This document shows positions 26,030 through 35,509 of a DNA stretch of 64,000 nucleotides, piece after piece; position 1 is the first letter of the stretch; each line of letters starts with the position of its first letter. Source of the DNA: Poseidonia sp. GTDB taxonomy: Archaea; Thermoplasmatota; Poseidoniia; Poseidoniales; Poseidoniaceae. A program made the translations under genes and the position numbers. Below the pieces are notes generated by a model that did not search any database, was not told where the DNA came from, and worked only from the letters and a program-made list of their open reading frames with translations. The stretch covers positions 511,395 to 575,394 of the forward strand of contig CBFIDD010000001.1 of NCBI GenBank assembly GCA_965661285.1. The letters run 5' to 3'.

Positions 26030-27790
26030 GTGCGAGGCCCGACCGACGCCGAAGAGGAACGGCGCGCCTACGCCGAACAATCGTCGCTGACGGCGTTGGT
26101 TCGACACCTTGGCCGAGACGTGGAAGCGTGGCTCGAAAAAGCCCTCGAACCGCTCCCCGAGACCTTTCGAATTTCCCTCCACCGAAACGATCGCCAGTGG
26201 ACCGTCGCCCAAGTCAAGACCCTCGGTGCGGAGCCGATTCCTTGGATGCCTGATGAAACCGCGTTTACGATGCCGTTTGCACGTGGTAGAGCACCCGAGG
26301 GGTTGGCCAAACGACTGATGGCGTTGTTGCACGAAACCGGCCGCATCACTCGTCAAGAGGCTGCGAGCATGCTCCCCGTTCGTTTGTTGAAGCATGAACA
26401 GGGCATGTTGGCGCTGGACATGTGCGCCGCTCCGGGGTCAAAGACCACACAACTCGGTGAAGTACTCCATCCCAACGGCGTGGTGGTGGCCAACGAACCG
26501 GTTTCGGGACGGCTCAACATGTTGGTGAGCAACCGAAGCCGTTTGGGCCTGACCAACATTGTGGTCACCCAACACGACGGTCGCCATTTCGCCCGACTCC
26601 CCCCTCCTGGTTTTGATGCCGTCATCGCAGATGTCCCCTGTACCGGAACAGCCACGACCCGAAAAAACCGAGATGTGTGGTGGGATTGGACCCCAAAGGA
26701 AAGCCGAAGGATGTTCAAGATGCAAGTTGACATCACGATGAGGGGGGCCTCCCTCTTGGTACCGGGCGGGCACATGGTGTACTCCACCTGCAGCATTGAC
26801 CCGGTGGAAAACGAAGCCGTGGTCGCCGAAATCTTGCGCCGTTGCCCTCACCTTGAACTCGTTCCAATGAGCCTTGAGGGCGTAACGCTCCACCCTGGTT
26901 TGACCCAGTGGCCACTTCTGGATGAAGAAGGAGCGCGCGTTGACGCAAAGGGGGCTGAGCAATTACCGTTTTTTGATGCCGCCCACCTCGCTCCCTCAAC
27001 GCGCATTGAGCAAGGTGTGGGCGAGGAAGGCATCGAAAACGTCATCCTTGAACAACTCCCAAGATGTATGAGATTGTGGCACGACGACAACGACACGGGT
27101 GGATTTTTTGTCGCCCAATTTCGACACAAAACCGAGTCATCTCCCGAAGGCGTGGCACAAGCCTTCCGATCGAGGCGAGCGACCCGGAGGGCCGAAGGCT
27201 GGACACCTACCGTAAAAACGCCCCCAAAAGCCACGGCGAATTCGGTGGTCGTCGCCGATGATGAGGTGGTGGGCCATCTGGAACAACTGTACGGTATGGC
27301 ATTGAACGACTATTCACTTTGGCAGCGAGGGAAGCGGTTCAACCTCGCTCCGCCGCTGGTCTACGAACGCCTCTACAAACCCCCTTCGCCGACCAACAAA
27401 GGCGACGTTTGGGGCGGTGATTCCTTCCACCCCATGCGCGTGGTTCACGCGGGGCTTCCAGCCTTTACGTTGAAGAAGAATTCATGGCGCAGTCGACAAG
27501 AAGCCCTGTATGCCTTTGGCGAAGGGTTTGAACGCAACGTTTTGGTCGTTGAGCCTTCGCAGTTCATTCGCATTTTGCGCGGTTGGGCGCCGCTGCTTGA
27601 GGAATTTTACGACGAGGTTGAGACCGAAGCGTTGCCGAAGGGGGCCTTCCTTCTCCGAAGCGATTTACCGTGGGGGCAAGAGACCATTTCGGTATGGATT
27701 GGGGCGCGTATCACGTTGATGATTGATACCAACGAGCAGAATATTTTGCGCCACAAATTGGATTTGCCATGGCGTGATGAGGAGGAGTGA
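26030..27790 (+). CDS. NOL1/NOP2/Sun (RsmB/NSUN)-family RNA cytosine-C5 methyltransferase with C-terminal extension
   Basis: SAM motif DMCAAPGSKT, motif IV DVPCTGTA (Pro-Cys), motif VI STCS (Thr-Cys), N-terminal NusB-less archaeal NSUN pre-domain. GTG start at 26030 (no upstream in-frame start). Confidence 0.75.
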   Translation: MRGPTDAEEERRAYAEQSSLTALVRHLGRDVEAWLEKALEPLPETFRISLHRNDRQWTVAQVKTLGAEPIPWMPDETAFTMPFARGRAPEGLAKRLMALLHETGRITRQEAASMLPVRLLKHEQGMLALDMCAAPGSKTTQLGEVLHPNGVVVANEPVSGRLNMLVSNRSRLGLTNIVVTQHDGRHFARLPPPGFDAVIADVPCTGTATTRKNRDVWWDWTPKESRRMFKMQVDITMRGASLLVPGGHMVYSTCSIDPVENEAVVAEILRRCPHLELVPMSLEGVTLHPGLTQWPLLDEEGARVDAKGAEQLPFFDAAHLAPSTRIEQGVGEEGIENVILEQLPRCMRLWHDDNDTGGFFVAQFRHKTESSPEGVAQAFRSRRATRRAEGWTPTVKTPPKATANSVVVADDEVVGHLEQLYGMALNDYSLWQRGKRFNLAPPLVYERLYKPPSPTNKGDVWGGDSFHPMRVVHAGLPAFTLKKNSWRSRQEALYAFGEGFERNVLVVEPSQFIRILRGWAPLLEEFYDEVETEALPKGAFLLRSDLPWGQETISVWIGARITLMIDTNEQNILRHKLDLPWRDEEE

Positions 27791-27791
27791 C

Positions 27792-28934
27792 ATGCGACAT
27801 CTCGTGCTCTGCATCATCGTTGGGTTGCTGCTCGTTCCGTCCCTCTCGGCCGAAGAAGAGGCGTGGGCCATTCACGCCGAAGACGAAATTTCAACCCGCT
27901 TATCGGGTGGACTTTCCGAGGTGTATCTGCCTTCGGGGCTTGGAGGCGAGGCAACCGTGCCCGATGGCTATGTTCAGTGGAATTGGTGGTCATGGAGCGA
28001 CGAAGTCGGGTCGGATTGGCCGGACGACGATGCGATTTACAGGGCTTCGAATCGCAACATCTCACTCAATCAATCCGACACGGAAGCTGCGGTTGAGAAC
28101 CATGCCCTGGCCGGCGACGACATGGTGGAATTGGCCGGTAATGTGAAAGTGGTTTCCGCAGAAGACCGTGTACGAATGGTGGCGTTTGACCTCTCGCTCA
28201 CGCCACTTCAAAACCTCAGTAACCACACCATCCTCTATGTGGTGCTGACCGAAAACATCGCCGAGGACCAGCACCGACGTCAAACCGAACATCTCGTTCG
28301 AGAAATGCGACCCGAAGTGGCCTTTTCTGTCAAAGCCAACACCACGACCGATGTCGTGTCCATGCTGCCAGCCGACCATCTTGCGGCTGCGGGCGTTGAC
28401 CTCGCCGAGGAGCCGACCGGTTGGTCCTACTCCGTGGCTGTGTTTGGAAGCGAGGTGGAGGAAAACGGGACGGCGCGATTGTTGGCCTTGGCCCACGGTG
28501 ATTTGCCGGCGCCTTCACGACACACGGGGATGGGGGAGGCGTGGACACCGTTGTTGCTCACAGCCATCACCGCCGTTGTTGCGGTGTTCATTGTCCTCGC
28601 TGTGCGTCAGCGTGAACAAGCAATTCCAAAACTCCAAGCCACATGGCACAGCGGACAATCGACCACGACCGTCATCAACATCCAAGCAGGCCACCACAAC
28701 TTCCGTATCACAAACTGGCACGTGACGCCGCCTTGGCGTTTCCGAGGTCGGCCACCCAAGTTGAATCTTGATGCTGGCGAATCAAAAACCGTCGTGGTCG
28801 ATTTCCGAGAACCGCATACGGAGGACTGCCATCTCGAAGTGGCCATTGACATCGAGGAATACGGTGCGTGGCGACAACATCTTTGGTTGAAGGCGAGAGA
28901 AGGCCAGGGCTCGTTCCATTCCCAAGAAGAGTAA
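27792..28934 (+). CDS. secreted, C-terminally membrane-anchored protein (hypothetical) with ~110-aa cytoplasmic tail
   Basis: ATG at 27792 directly after the NSUN stop; signal peptide MRHLVLCIIVGLLLVPSLSAEE; TM helix LLLTAITAVVAVFIVLAV near the C-terminus. Confidence 0.55.
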   Translation: MRHLVLCIIVGLLLVPSLSAEEEAWAIHAEDEISTRLSGGLSEVYLPSGLGGEATVPDGYVQWNWWSWSDEVGSDWPDDDAIYRASNRNISLNQSDTEAAVENHALAGDDMVELAGNVKVVSAEDRVRMVAFDLSLTPLQNLSNHTILYVVLTENIAEDQHRRQTEHLVREMRPEVAFSVKANTTTDVVSMLPADHLAAAGVDLAEEPTGWSYSVAVFGSEVEENGTARLLALAHGDLPAPSRHTGMGEAWTPLLLTAITAVVAVFIVLAVRQREQAIPKLQATWHSGQSTTTVINIQAGHHNFRITNWHVTPPWRFRGRPPKLNLDAGESKTVVVDFREPHTEDCHLEVAIDIEEYGAWRQHLWLKAREGQGSFHSQEE

Positions 28935-28965
28935 GGGTTGTAGAGCACCACACACTGGCGAGGCT

Positions 28966-29424
28966 ATGGACCTCGACGAGACGGACCAAGCCCTGTTGAA
29001 ACGGCTTCACGAAGATGCCCGAGTCAGCCATCGACAACTCGCACGTGAACTGGGGATTGCCCAAGGAACGGTCACGAACCGCATTCGCCGTCTCGAGAAC
29101 GAGGGCGTGATCGAAGGCTACCGGGTGGCACTCAACACCGGGGCGCTGGGATGGACCATGACGATCATGGCGGGTTTGCGCATCCAGAAAGGGCGCATGA
29201 TCGATGTCCAGCAGAAAATCTCTGCCGACCCGAGGGTGTTCGCTGTGTACGACGTCACGGGTGACTGGGATTCCATCGTCCTGGCGAAGGTCAAAGACCG
29301 CGCAGATTTGGACAATTTGACAAAAACGGTGTTTACACTCGACGGTGTCGCACGCTCGTACACGCACGTCGTCCTCAACACCGTCAAAGAAGAGGCGTTT
29401 CCGTCGCTCTCACCGGGAGCGTAA
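28966..29424 (+). CDS. lrp: Lrp/AsnC family transcriptional regulator
   Basis: N-terminal HTH (LDETDQALLKRLHEDARVSHRQLARELGIAQGTVTNRIRRLENEGVI) plus a C-terminal RAM domain. Confidence 0.85.
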   Translation: MDLDETDQALLKRLHEDARVSHRQLARELGIAQGTVTNRIRRLENEGVIEGYRVALNTGALGWTMTIMAGLRIQKGRMIDVQQKISADPRVFAVYDVTGDWDSIVLAKVKDRADLDNLTKTVFTLDGVARSYTHVVLNTVKEEAFPSLSPGA

Positions 29425-29904
29425 ACCTTCGTCGTACACGTCGACCAGCGGGCCCAACGCGCCGACAAGACCCGACAAGCCTTCGACCACACGAGTTTCT
29501 GGCTTGAGGCAGCGCATGAGCGTTGAGCGAAGTCGCTCTTCAATACGAACGTCCAGCGATTCCAAATTACGGCGAATCGTGGTTTGGAGTCGCCCCCCTG
29601 TTCGGTCCCAATCCATCAACACGATGATGCTCGGCCCGCCGTCGTGGACGCTCTTTCGACCGTATGTTTCGACCAGATAGACCAGCACATCATCCACCGG
29701 CCACCCTCGGTTTAACACCTCGATCGGGCCTTGAAACCCGTAGGCTTCGAGTGCTTCTCGGTCTCGCCGACCTTCAACAAACACGACGGCGTTGGCCTCC
29801 CGGTTTCGTTGGCGTGCTTCAGCCAGCGCCTGCGCTGCTTTGTGCCAGCGCACTTCAGCATTGGACGGGCCGCGCCCGATGCCGTGATAGGAATCCGAAC
29901 TCAA
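29410..29904 (-). CDS. small Toprim-domain protein
   Basis: VVFVEGRRDREALEAYGF (Glu of Toprim) and IIVLMDWDRTGGRL (DxD) match the Toprim fold signature. TTG start per ORF track. Confidence 0.5.
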   Translation of the reverse strand: MSSDSYHGIGRGPSNAEVRWHKAAQALAEARQRNREANAVVFVEGRRDREALEAYGFQGPIEVLNRGWPVDDVLVYLVETYGRKSVHDGGPSIIVLMDWDRTGGRLQTTIRRNLESLDVRIEERLRSTLMRCLKPETRVVEGLSGLVGALGPLVDVYDEGLRSR

Positions 29905-30224
29905 TCCGTCGCCTCCAGATGGTCCTGTATGCGCTGCGCAATGGCAGCCACATCTCGCACCTCGATGCGGACCGATTTCAACCTTGAGCGGTGACCTGTC
30001 GTGATGGAAAGATGATGCACTGGAATCTCAAACGTGGCGGCGAGGACGTGCAAGACGGCTTGATTGGCTTGGCCTTGCTTGGCTGCGGCCCTCACGGCAA
30101 CGGAAAGGCGTTGGCGCCATCGGTTCAATCCCGTGATGCCTTGTATTTTTGAGGAGGGTTGAACTTCAATGTCAAGGCTGACCGAGCCGTCAAGGGTCGT
30201 GGAAAGACAGGAAATCGGAGCCAT
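29901..30224 (-). CDS. DUF167/YggU-like (UPF0235) protein
   Basis: 107 aa with the pattern LDIEVQPSSKIQGI...RLSVAVRAAAKQGQANQAVLHVLAATFEIPVHHLSITTGHRSRLKSVRIE, typical of DUF167. ATG at 30224. Confidence 0.55.
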   Translation of the reverse strand: MAPISCLSTTLDGSVSLDIEVQPSSKIQGITGLNRWRQRLSVAVRAAAKQGQANQAVLHVLAATFEIPVHHLSITTGHRSRLKSVRIEVRDVAAIAQRIQDHLEATD

Positions 30225-30438
30225 AAGTTACGCTCTTCGCGGGGGGTTCAAGTAGCATCGCCCGGATAGTAAAAGTGAGGCACGGAATGGTGGCGGAATC
30301 GTTCAATTTCAAGGCGAAAAAATCGCGAATAAAACGCATAACGGCTCGCCATGTAGCCTTCGAAAAAATCAGAGGTTCTAGCCCCCACCAAGCAACGCTT
30401 AAGGAGGGGCTACACGGCCGGTTCAACAGGGTGGTTGC

Positions 30439-31422
30439 ATGGTAGCAGAAGATACTGTCTTTGCTGTTCTCTATGATAAGTTCATGTTTTGGTCCATTCT
30501 GGTCGGAATTTTTACTTTCGGCTGGTTGTTTTTGGCCATGCTTCGCTATCGAGACGGCGTCGAGCCCGATACCACACAAATCGACCACATCGAGGTGGGT
30601 TCGTTCCCGGTCGACCGACACAACACCAAACTTGAGGTGTTTTTCTACGTCCTGCCGACGGCCATCGTTGCGTGGCTCATCGTCCTCGCCCTCTCATCCA
30701 ACACGGCGGTTTGGGTCATCCCTGAGGAAGCCGAAGCTCACGACATGAAAATCATCGGCAAGCAGTGGTTCTGGGAATACGAGTATAAAGACGCCCTGAC
30801 ATGGGAAGACGACCCCGCCATCACCTACATCGACGTTGACTGGAGCGGTACGGCCCTGACCGTGTCAAGTACCAACGCTGCTGCGGTGAATGTTTCCATT
30901 CAGAAAGGTGCAGATTCCCTTCCAGGGAAGTCGCTTGACACTGTAACAGGAGATGCACTCATCGAGGAGACCTTTGACCCCTACAAGCATTCCATCGTTG
31001 AGGTAACCGACGCAGACGGAAACGTGCTCCACACCTGGATGCACATCCCTAAGCAACACGTGTTCTCCTCTGCCCTTGGCGAAGACATGATTCTTCCTTG
31101 CGATGAGGCGGTCGTGTTTGAGATGCACTCCGCCCCCTCTGACGACTCTAACCCCAACTACATCGGCGTCCAGCATTCGTTCTGGCTCCCTGAATGGGGC
31201 GTCAAAGAAGACTTGGTGCCCGGCATCGAAGGTGGCACCTACATGACCATCACCGCCGACGACCCCGGCACCTTCCCCATCCGTTGTGCAGAGTACTGTG
31301 GCAACCAGCACTCCATGATGATCGGTCAAGTCAAGATCGTCGCCGCTGAAGGCACCGATTGTTCGGTTGACACCGGCGTCAAGAAGAGTGGCGAGTCGCC
31401 CCCTGCTGGAGGTGCGTACTGA
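30439..31422 (+). CDS. coxB: heme-copper oxidase (cytochrome c oxidase) subunit II, CuA-type
   Basis: Two N-terminal TM helices; cupredoxin domain with CuA ligands HSFWLPEWGVK...CAEYCGNQHSMM. Confidence 0.85.
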   Translation: MVAEDTVFAVLYDKFMFWSILVGIFTFGWLFLAMLRYRDGVEPDTTQIDHIEVGSFPVDRHNTKLEVFFYVLPTAIVAWLIVLALSSNTAVWVIPEEAEAHDMKIIGKQWFWEYEYKDALTWEDDPAITYIDVDWSGTALTVSSTNAAAVNVSIQKGADSLPGKSLDTVTGDALIEETFDPYKHSIVEVTDADGNVLHTWMHIPKQHVFSSALGEDMILPCDEAVVFEMHSAPSDDSNPNYIGVQHSFWLPEWGVKEDLVPGIEGGTYMTITADDPGTFPIRCAEYCGNQHSMMIGQVKIVAAEGTDCSVDTGVKKSGESPPAGGAY

Positions 31423-33743
31423 TGCGAGGTCGTGTCACGCTCCTGCTCGGCGTGCTCTTGGTCGCATTGATGGCCGCACCTCAATTCACAGCTGCTCCCG
31501 GCGGCATTGGCTCTGCCGGCGACCAAGGTTGTACCTGTCACGGCGGTGCCTCCCCCGACACCACGGTTCTCGTGGACGGCCTCCCTGAAACCTACAACGC
31601 CAGCGAGACGTACACCTTCACCGTCACCGTGCAAAACGACGTAATGGAAATCAACGAGGTCGACTGGAACGGACGAGCCGGTGGATTCCGCATCCTCGCG
31701 TCCCACGGCGACATCACCGCCGTGCCCGAATCCTACAGCCAAATGATGGACGGTGGACTCACCCACACGGAAGAAGCCAACACCGTTCGCTCGTGGACCT
31801 TCGAATGGACCGCTCCCGCTGCTGACGACCTCAACGTCGAGATGACCATTTACGGCAACGCTGTGAACGGTGGAAACGGTGCTGGAGGCGACCACTGGAA
31901 CGTCGCCACCGTCGCCGTCGCAGGGATCAATGCTGGCGCCGTTGCAGCCAGTGCCAGCGCCCTTGTGATTTTCCTGACCTCCATTGGACTCGCTGCCGGC
32001 CTCATCTTTGCGGGTATCTTGTGGGTGTTCTACCGCCGCTCACCCGAGACCTTCACCATGGAACGGTTCTGGAGCTTCCTTAAGCCGTGGCTGACCACAA
32101 CCGACCACAAAGAAGTCGGCATCATGTACTTCCTGTTCGGGTTCTTCTTCTTCCTCGTTGGTGGACTGTTGGCCCTGCTCTTCCGCATTCAGTTGGCGCT
32201 GCCTGAGAACGATTTCCTCACCTACGACGAGTACAACTCCTTCTTCACGCTGCACGGAACGACGATGATTTTCCTCGCCGCCATGCCGATGATTGCTGGA
32301 TTCATGAACTACATCCTCCCGCTTCAAATCGGCGCCAAAGACCTCGCTTTCCCACGCATCAACGCCATGGGTCTGTGGTTGCTCGTCTTCTCCGCACCCC
32401 TCATTTTCACCGGCGTCTTTTCAGGTGAGGGTGCTGACATCACGTGGGTCATGTACCCGCCCTATTCCTCACTCAACGAGGCAAACCTCGGGTCAACCCT
32501 CGCCGATTACGGTTCGAACCCCGGCACAACGGCGTTCATTTCAGGCATGCTCATGCTCGGTGCTTCCTCGACCTTGGGCGGTGTGAACTTCATCACCACC
32601 GTGTTCACCATGCGTGCGCCCGGTGTGACGTGGATGAAGATGCCGCTGTTCACCTGGTCGGTCTTCATCAGCGTGTTCATGCTCTTCATGTCCCTGCCCG
32701 CACTCATCATCGGTGTGGCCTTCCTTCTGTTTGACCACACCATCGGAACGCAGTTCTTCGTTGCCGGGGGCGACCCGTTGCTCTTCCAACATCTGTTCTG
32801 GTTCTTCGGCCACCCCGAAGTCTACGTCGTCATCGTGCCGGCCTTCGGTATCGTTTCAGAGGTGCTCGCCACCTCCGCACGCCGCTCCATCTTCGGCTAC
32901 AAATCGATGGTGTTCGCCATGGCCGGTATTGGTATCGTCGGTTTCATCGTGTGGGGCCACCACATGCTAACCTCCGGTATGGACCCGTTCTGGCGTGCGC
33001 TTTTCATGATCATGACCATGCTCGTCGCCATCCCGACCGGTGCGAAGATCTTCAACTGGCTCGCCACCCTGTGGGGCGGCTCGCTGGTGATGAAAACCCA
33101 CACCCTCTGGTCGTTGGGCTTCCTGGTCACCTTCACGCTGGGTGGTATCTCAGGTATGTTCTTTCCCGTGGCTGGTCTTGACATCCACTTCCACGATTCC
33201 TACTTCGTGGTGGCTCACTTCCACTACGTGTTCATCGGTGGTACCGTCTTTGCCCTGTTCTCTGCTGTCTACTACTGGTTCCCGAAGGCCACTGGACGCA
33301 AACTCAACGAAACCCTCGGACTGTGGCACTTCCTCATCGGCTTTGCCTCTTACAACGCTGCCTTCTGGCCCATGCACGCCCTAGGTATCATGGGCATGCC
33401 TCGACGAACCCACACCTACACCATTGAATCCGGCTTTGCAGAATACAACATGGCCGTCTCGACCTTCGCCTTCATCTTCGGTATCAGCCAACTTCTGCTT
33501 GTCTGGAACATCATATACTCTGCACGACGTGGAGAACCCGTGGGCAAGGACCCATGGGGCGGCTGGTCCCTCGAATGGTCCACGACCTCCCCGCCGCCGA
33601 CGCCTTCTTTCCACGACATTCCTACGCAGTACGATAAGAATGAGGAATTCGGTCATCACAAGGACGAACCGTCCTTGATGGACAGGCTGGTGAAAGCAGA
33701 ACCGAAAGGTATTGTCGTCGGTCATGTGGAGGGAGAAGAATGA
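31422..33743 (+). CDS. coxA: heme-copper oxidase subunit I fused to an N-terminal signal-peptide-bearing extracytoplasmic domain plus extra TM
   Basis: Residues ~213-773 are canonical COX1 (FWSFLKPWLTTTDHKEVGIMYFLFG..., His ligands, 12 TM). Residues 1-~212 are signal peptide (MRGRVTLLLGVLLVALMAAP) + ~150-aa soluble domain (DQGCTCHGG...) + TM (AGINAGAVAASASALVIFLTSIGLAAGLIFAGILWVF). There is no stop codon between the parts; an internal ATG sits at 32058. Confidence 0.85.
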   Translation: MRGRVTLLLGVLLVALMAAPQFTAAPGGIGSAGDQGCTCHGGASPDTTVLVDGLPETYNASETYTFTVTVQNDVMEINEVDWNGRAGGFRILASHGDITAVPESYSQMMDGGLTHTEEANTVRSWTFEWTAPAADDLNVEMTIYGNAVNGGNGAGGDHWNVATVAVAGINAGAVAASASALVIFLTSIGLAAGLIFAGILWVFYRRSPETFTMERFWSFLKPWLTTTDHKEVGIMYFLFGFFFFLVGGLLALLFRIQLALPENDFLTYDEYNSFFTLHGTTMIFLAAMPMIAGFMNYILPLQIGAKDLAFPRINAMGLWLLVFSAPLIFTGVFSGEGADITWVMYPPYSSLNEANLGSTLADYGSNPGTTAFISGMLMLGASSTLGGVNFITTVFTMRAPGVTWMKMPLFTWSVFISVFMLFMSLPALIIGVAFLLFDHTIGTQFFVAGGDPLLFQHLFWFFGHPEVYVVIVPAFGIVSEVLATSARRSIFGYKSMVFAMAGIGIVGFIVWGHHMLTSGMDPFWRALFMIMTMLVAIPTGAKIFNWLATLWGGSLVMKTHTLWSLGFLVTFTLGGISGMFFPVAGLDIHFHDSYFVVAHFHYVFIGGTVFALFSAVYYWFPKATGRKLNETLGLWHFLIGFASYNAAFWPMHALGIMGMPRRTHTYTIESGFAEYNMAVSTFAFIFGISQLLLVWNIIYSARRGEPVGKDPWGGWSLEWSTTSPPPTPSFHDIPTQYDKNEEFGHHKDEPSLMDRLVKAEPKGIVVGHVEGEE

Positions 33744-35095
33744 GTGGCGGAGAAGCTCACGTTGAGAACAGCGTTTGGATGCGCGCCGTCTTGATCGGTG
33801 GCGTCTTCCTCGCCATCGGTATCCTCGCCTTCGCCACCATGGGCGTTGGTGTGGCCAACATCAAACACCACGATTATGACGTCGCCATTGAGGAGTATGA
33901 GGACGCCAAGTACGCTTACGAAGACGCCAAAGCCAACGGTGCCAGCGAATCGGAAATCAAATCCCTTAAGGAAGCCAAGGAAGAAGCGCACCACCATGAA
34001 ATAGAAGCCCATCTATCTTACTTAACGTGGCGAACAGCAGGCATTACCATCCTGCTGATGTGCATCACCTATGCAGCCTTCATGGGCCTGGGTGGCTTCA
34101 TGAACTCGATTTATCCCGACGATGCCGGTCATGACGACCACGGCTACGGTGGCGATGACCACGAGCACCACGGTTCAGGCTCGCCGATCGTGTTCTCGCT
34201 GGGTATTCTGCTCTTCTTGATGGGCTTCCCGTCCTTCCAAGGCGTGCTTGGTAACTTGCTTTCCGGCGTGGATGCCAACCTTAGCGACCTGGGTTTGAGC
34301 ATGCTCGGCCTGGTGGTTGTCACCGCCGGTGTTGCCAACTGGTGGCGTGAAGACCTGCCGTTTATCGGCAATCACGAGCAAATTGCGACCTCCGATCCCT
34401 TTGAAGGTCAACACATCCGCAAGGCCGGCCTTTGGGTCTTCATTATGTCCGAAGTGATGGTTTTCGCCACCTTCTTCTCGTCCTACCTCCGCATGCGCAC
34501 AGAATGGTGCACAGGCTGGCAGGTCAACGCTGGAAATTGTGAGGAAGTGAACATGCTCACGGCCTCCGATTTCCTTCGACCCAACGGCGCCATGCTCGAC
34601 GGACTGGGTGGACAAGGCGACTTCATGACGCTCTTACCCGGTGCCATCAACACCTTTGCGCTCATCATCTCCTCCTACACCATCGTGCTGGCCCTCAAGA
34701 CGGCCAAGGACAAGGAGTGGACGGCCCCCTCAGGATTCATGGGCAAGCTGATGCCAACCCGAAAAGTCGCTGTCCGAAACTACCTGCTCGCTACGTTCAT
34801 TCTGGGTTCGATGTTTATTGTGCTGAAGCTCATTGAATGGAGCCATCTCGTTGCAGAAGGCTTCACCATCGGAACCCAAGCGGGCTCCATCTTCTACATC
34901 TCAACTGGCGCTCACGGCGTGCACGTCTTTGTCGGCTTGCTCGTGATGCTGTACTTGATTTTCAAGGCAGGCTTTGCTGGAGACGATGTTGAATATGACG
35001 AGAGAAACGCTCAGGGCATCGAATACTTCGGTTTGTACTGGCACTTTGTCGACTTGGCTTGGGTGGTTATCTTCCCGGCCTTCTATCTGTATTGA
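33740..35095 (+). CDS. coxC: cytochrome c oxidase subunit III-like, with charged and His-rich loop insertions
   Basis: C-terminal COX3 signature (...GAHGVHVFVGLL...GLYWHFVDLAWVVIFPAFYLY); ATGA overlap with coxA stop. N-terminal 200 aa carry the insertions YEDAKYAYEDAK...EEAHHHEIEAH and HDDHGYGGDDHEHHGSGSP. Confidence 0.7.
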   Translation: MSGGEAHVENSVWMRAVLIGGVFLAIGILAFATMGVGVANIKHHDYDVAIEEYEDAKYAYEDAKANGASESEIKSLKEAKEEAHHHEIEAHLSYLTWRTAGITILLMCITYAAFMGLGGFMNSIYPDDAGHDDHGYGGDDHEHHGSGSPIVFSLGILLFLMGFPSFQGVLGNLLSGVDANLSDLGLSMLGLVVVTAGVANWWREDLPFIGNHEQIATSDPFEGQHIRKAGLWVFIMSEVMVFATFFSSYLRMRTEWCTGWQVNAGNCEEVNMLTASDFLRPNGAMLDGLGGQGDFMTLLPGAINTFALIISSYTIVLALKTAKDKEWTAPSGFMGKLMPTRKVAVRNYLLATFILGSMFIVLKLIEWSHLVAEGFTIGTQAGSIFYISTGAHGVHVFVGLLVMLYLIFKAGFAGDDVEYDERNAQGIEYFGLYWHFVDLAWVVIFPAFYLY

Positions 35096-35104
35096 GGTGA
35101 GATC

Positions 35105-35500
35105 ATGGGAGAACACGAAACAACTGGAATCTTGGAATCAATTGTTGAAAAACTGCCGGGTGGCTACGACATCTACTTTTGGAACTTCGTCATCTTGATG
35201 TTCTTCACGCTGTTCGAAGTCGCCGCCGTTTTCTTTGAGAAGATCCCCGGTACGGACATTGAAATTTCGCTCTACGCTGTTTGGGCTATCTTGATTGGCG
35301 TTGGTGTCATCAAGGGCTACGGCATCGCTGCCTACTTCATGCACTTGAAGGGCGACCCCCGTATCTACACCCGAACAGCGCTGTTCCCCGTGCTCTTTGT
35401 CTTGTTGATGCTTTGGGGTATCGGACTTTCCAACCCGGGTTCTGTCCAAGCGCTTCCCGACTGGTGCACGCCCAACTGGGAGTTTGCTAGCCAACGCTGA
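35105..35500 (+). CDS. small membrane subunit, putative oxidase subunit IV-like
   Basis: 131 aa, 3-4 TM helices, FMHLKGDPRIY motif; placed inside the cox operon 9 nt after coxC. Confidence 0.45.
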   Translation: MGEHETTGILESIVEKLPGGYDIYFWNFVILMFFTLFEVAAVFFEKIPGTDIEISLYAVWAILIGVGVIKGYGIAAYFMHLKGDPRIYTRTALFPVLFVLLMLWGIGLSNPGSVQALPDWCTPNWEFASQR

Positions 35501-35509
35501 GGGTCAACC

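Noticed and set aside
31520-31540. Possible heme c-binding site in the CoxI N-terminal domain (GCTCHGG)
   Set aside because: The motif is C-x-C-H, not the canonical C-x-x-C-H, and no second axial ligand context is evident; not called as cytochrome c.
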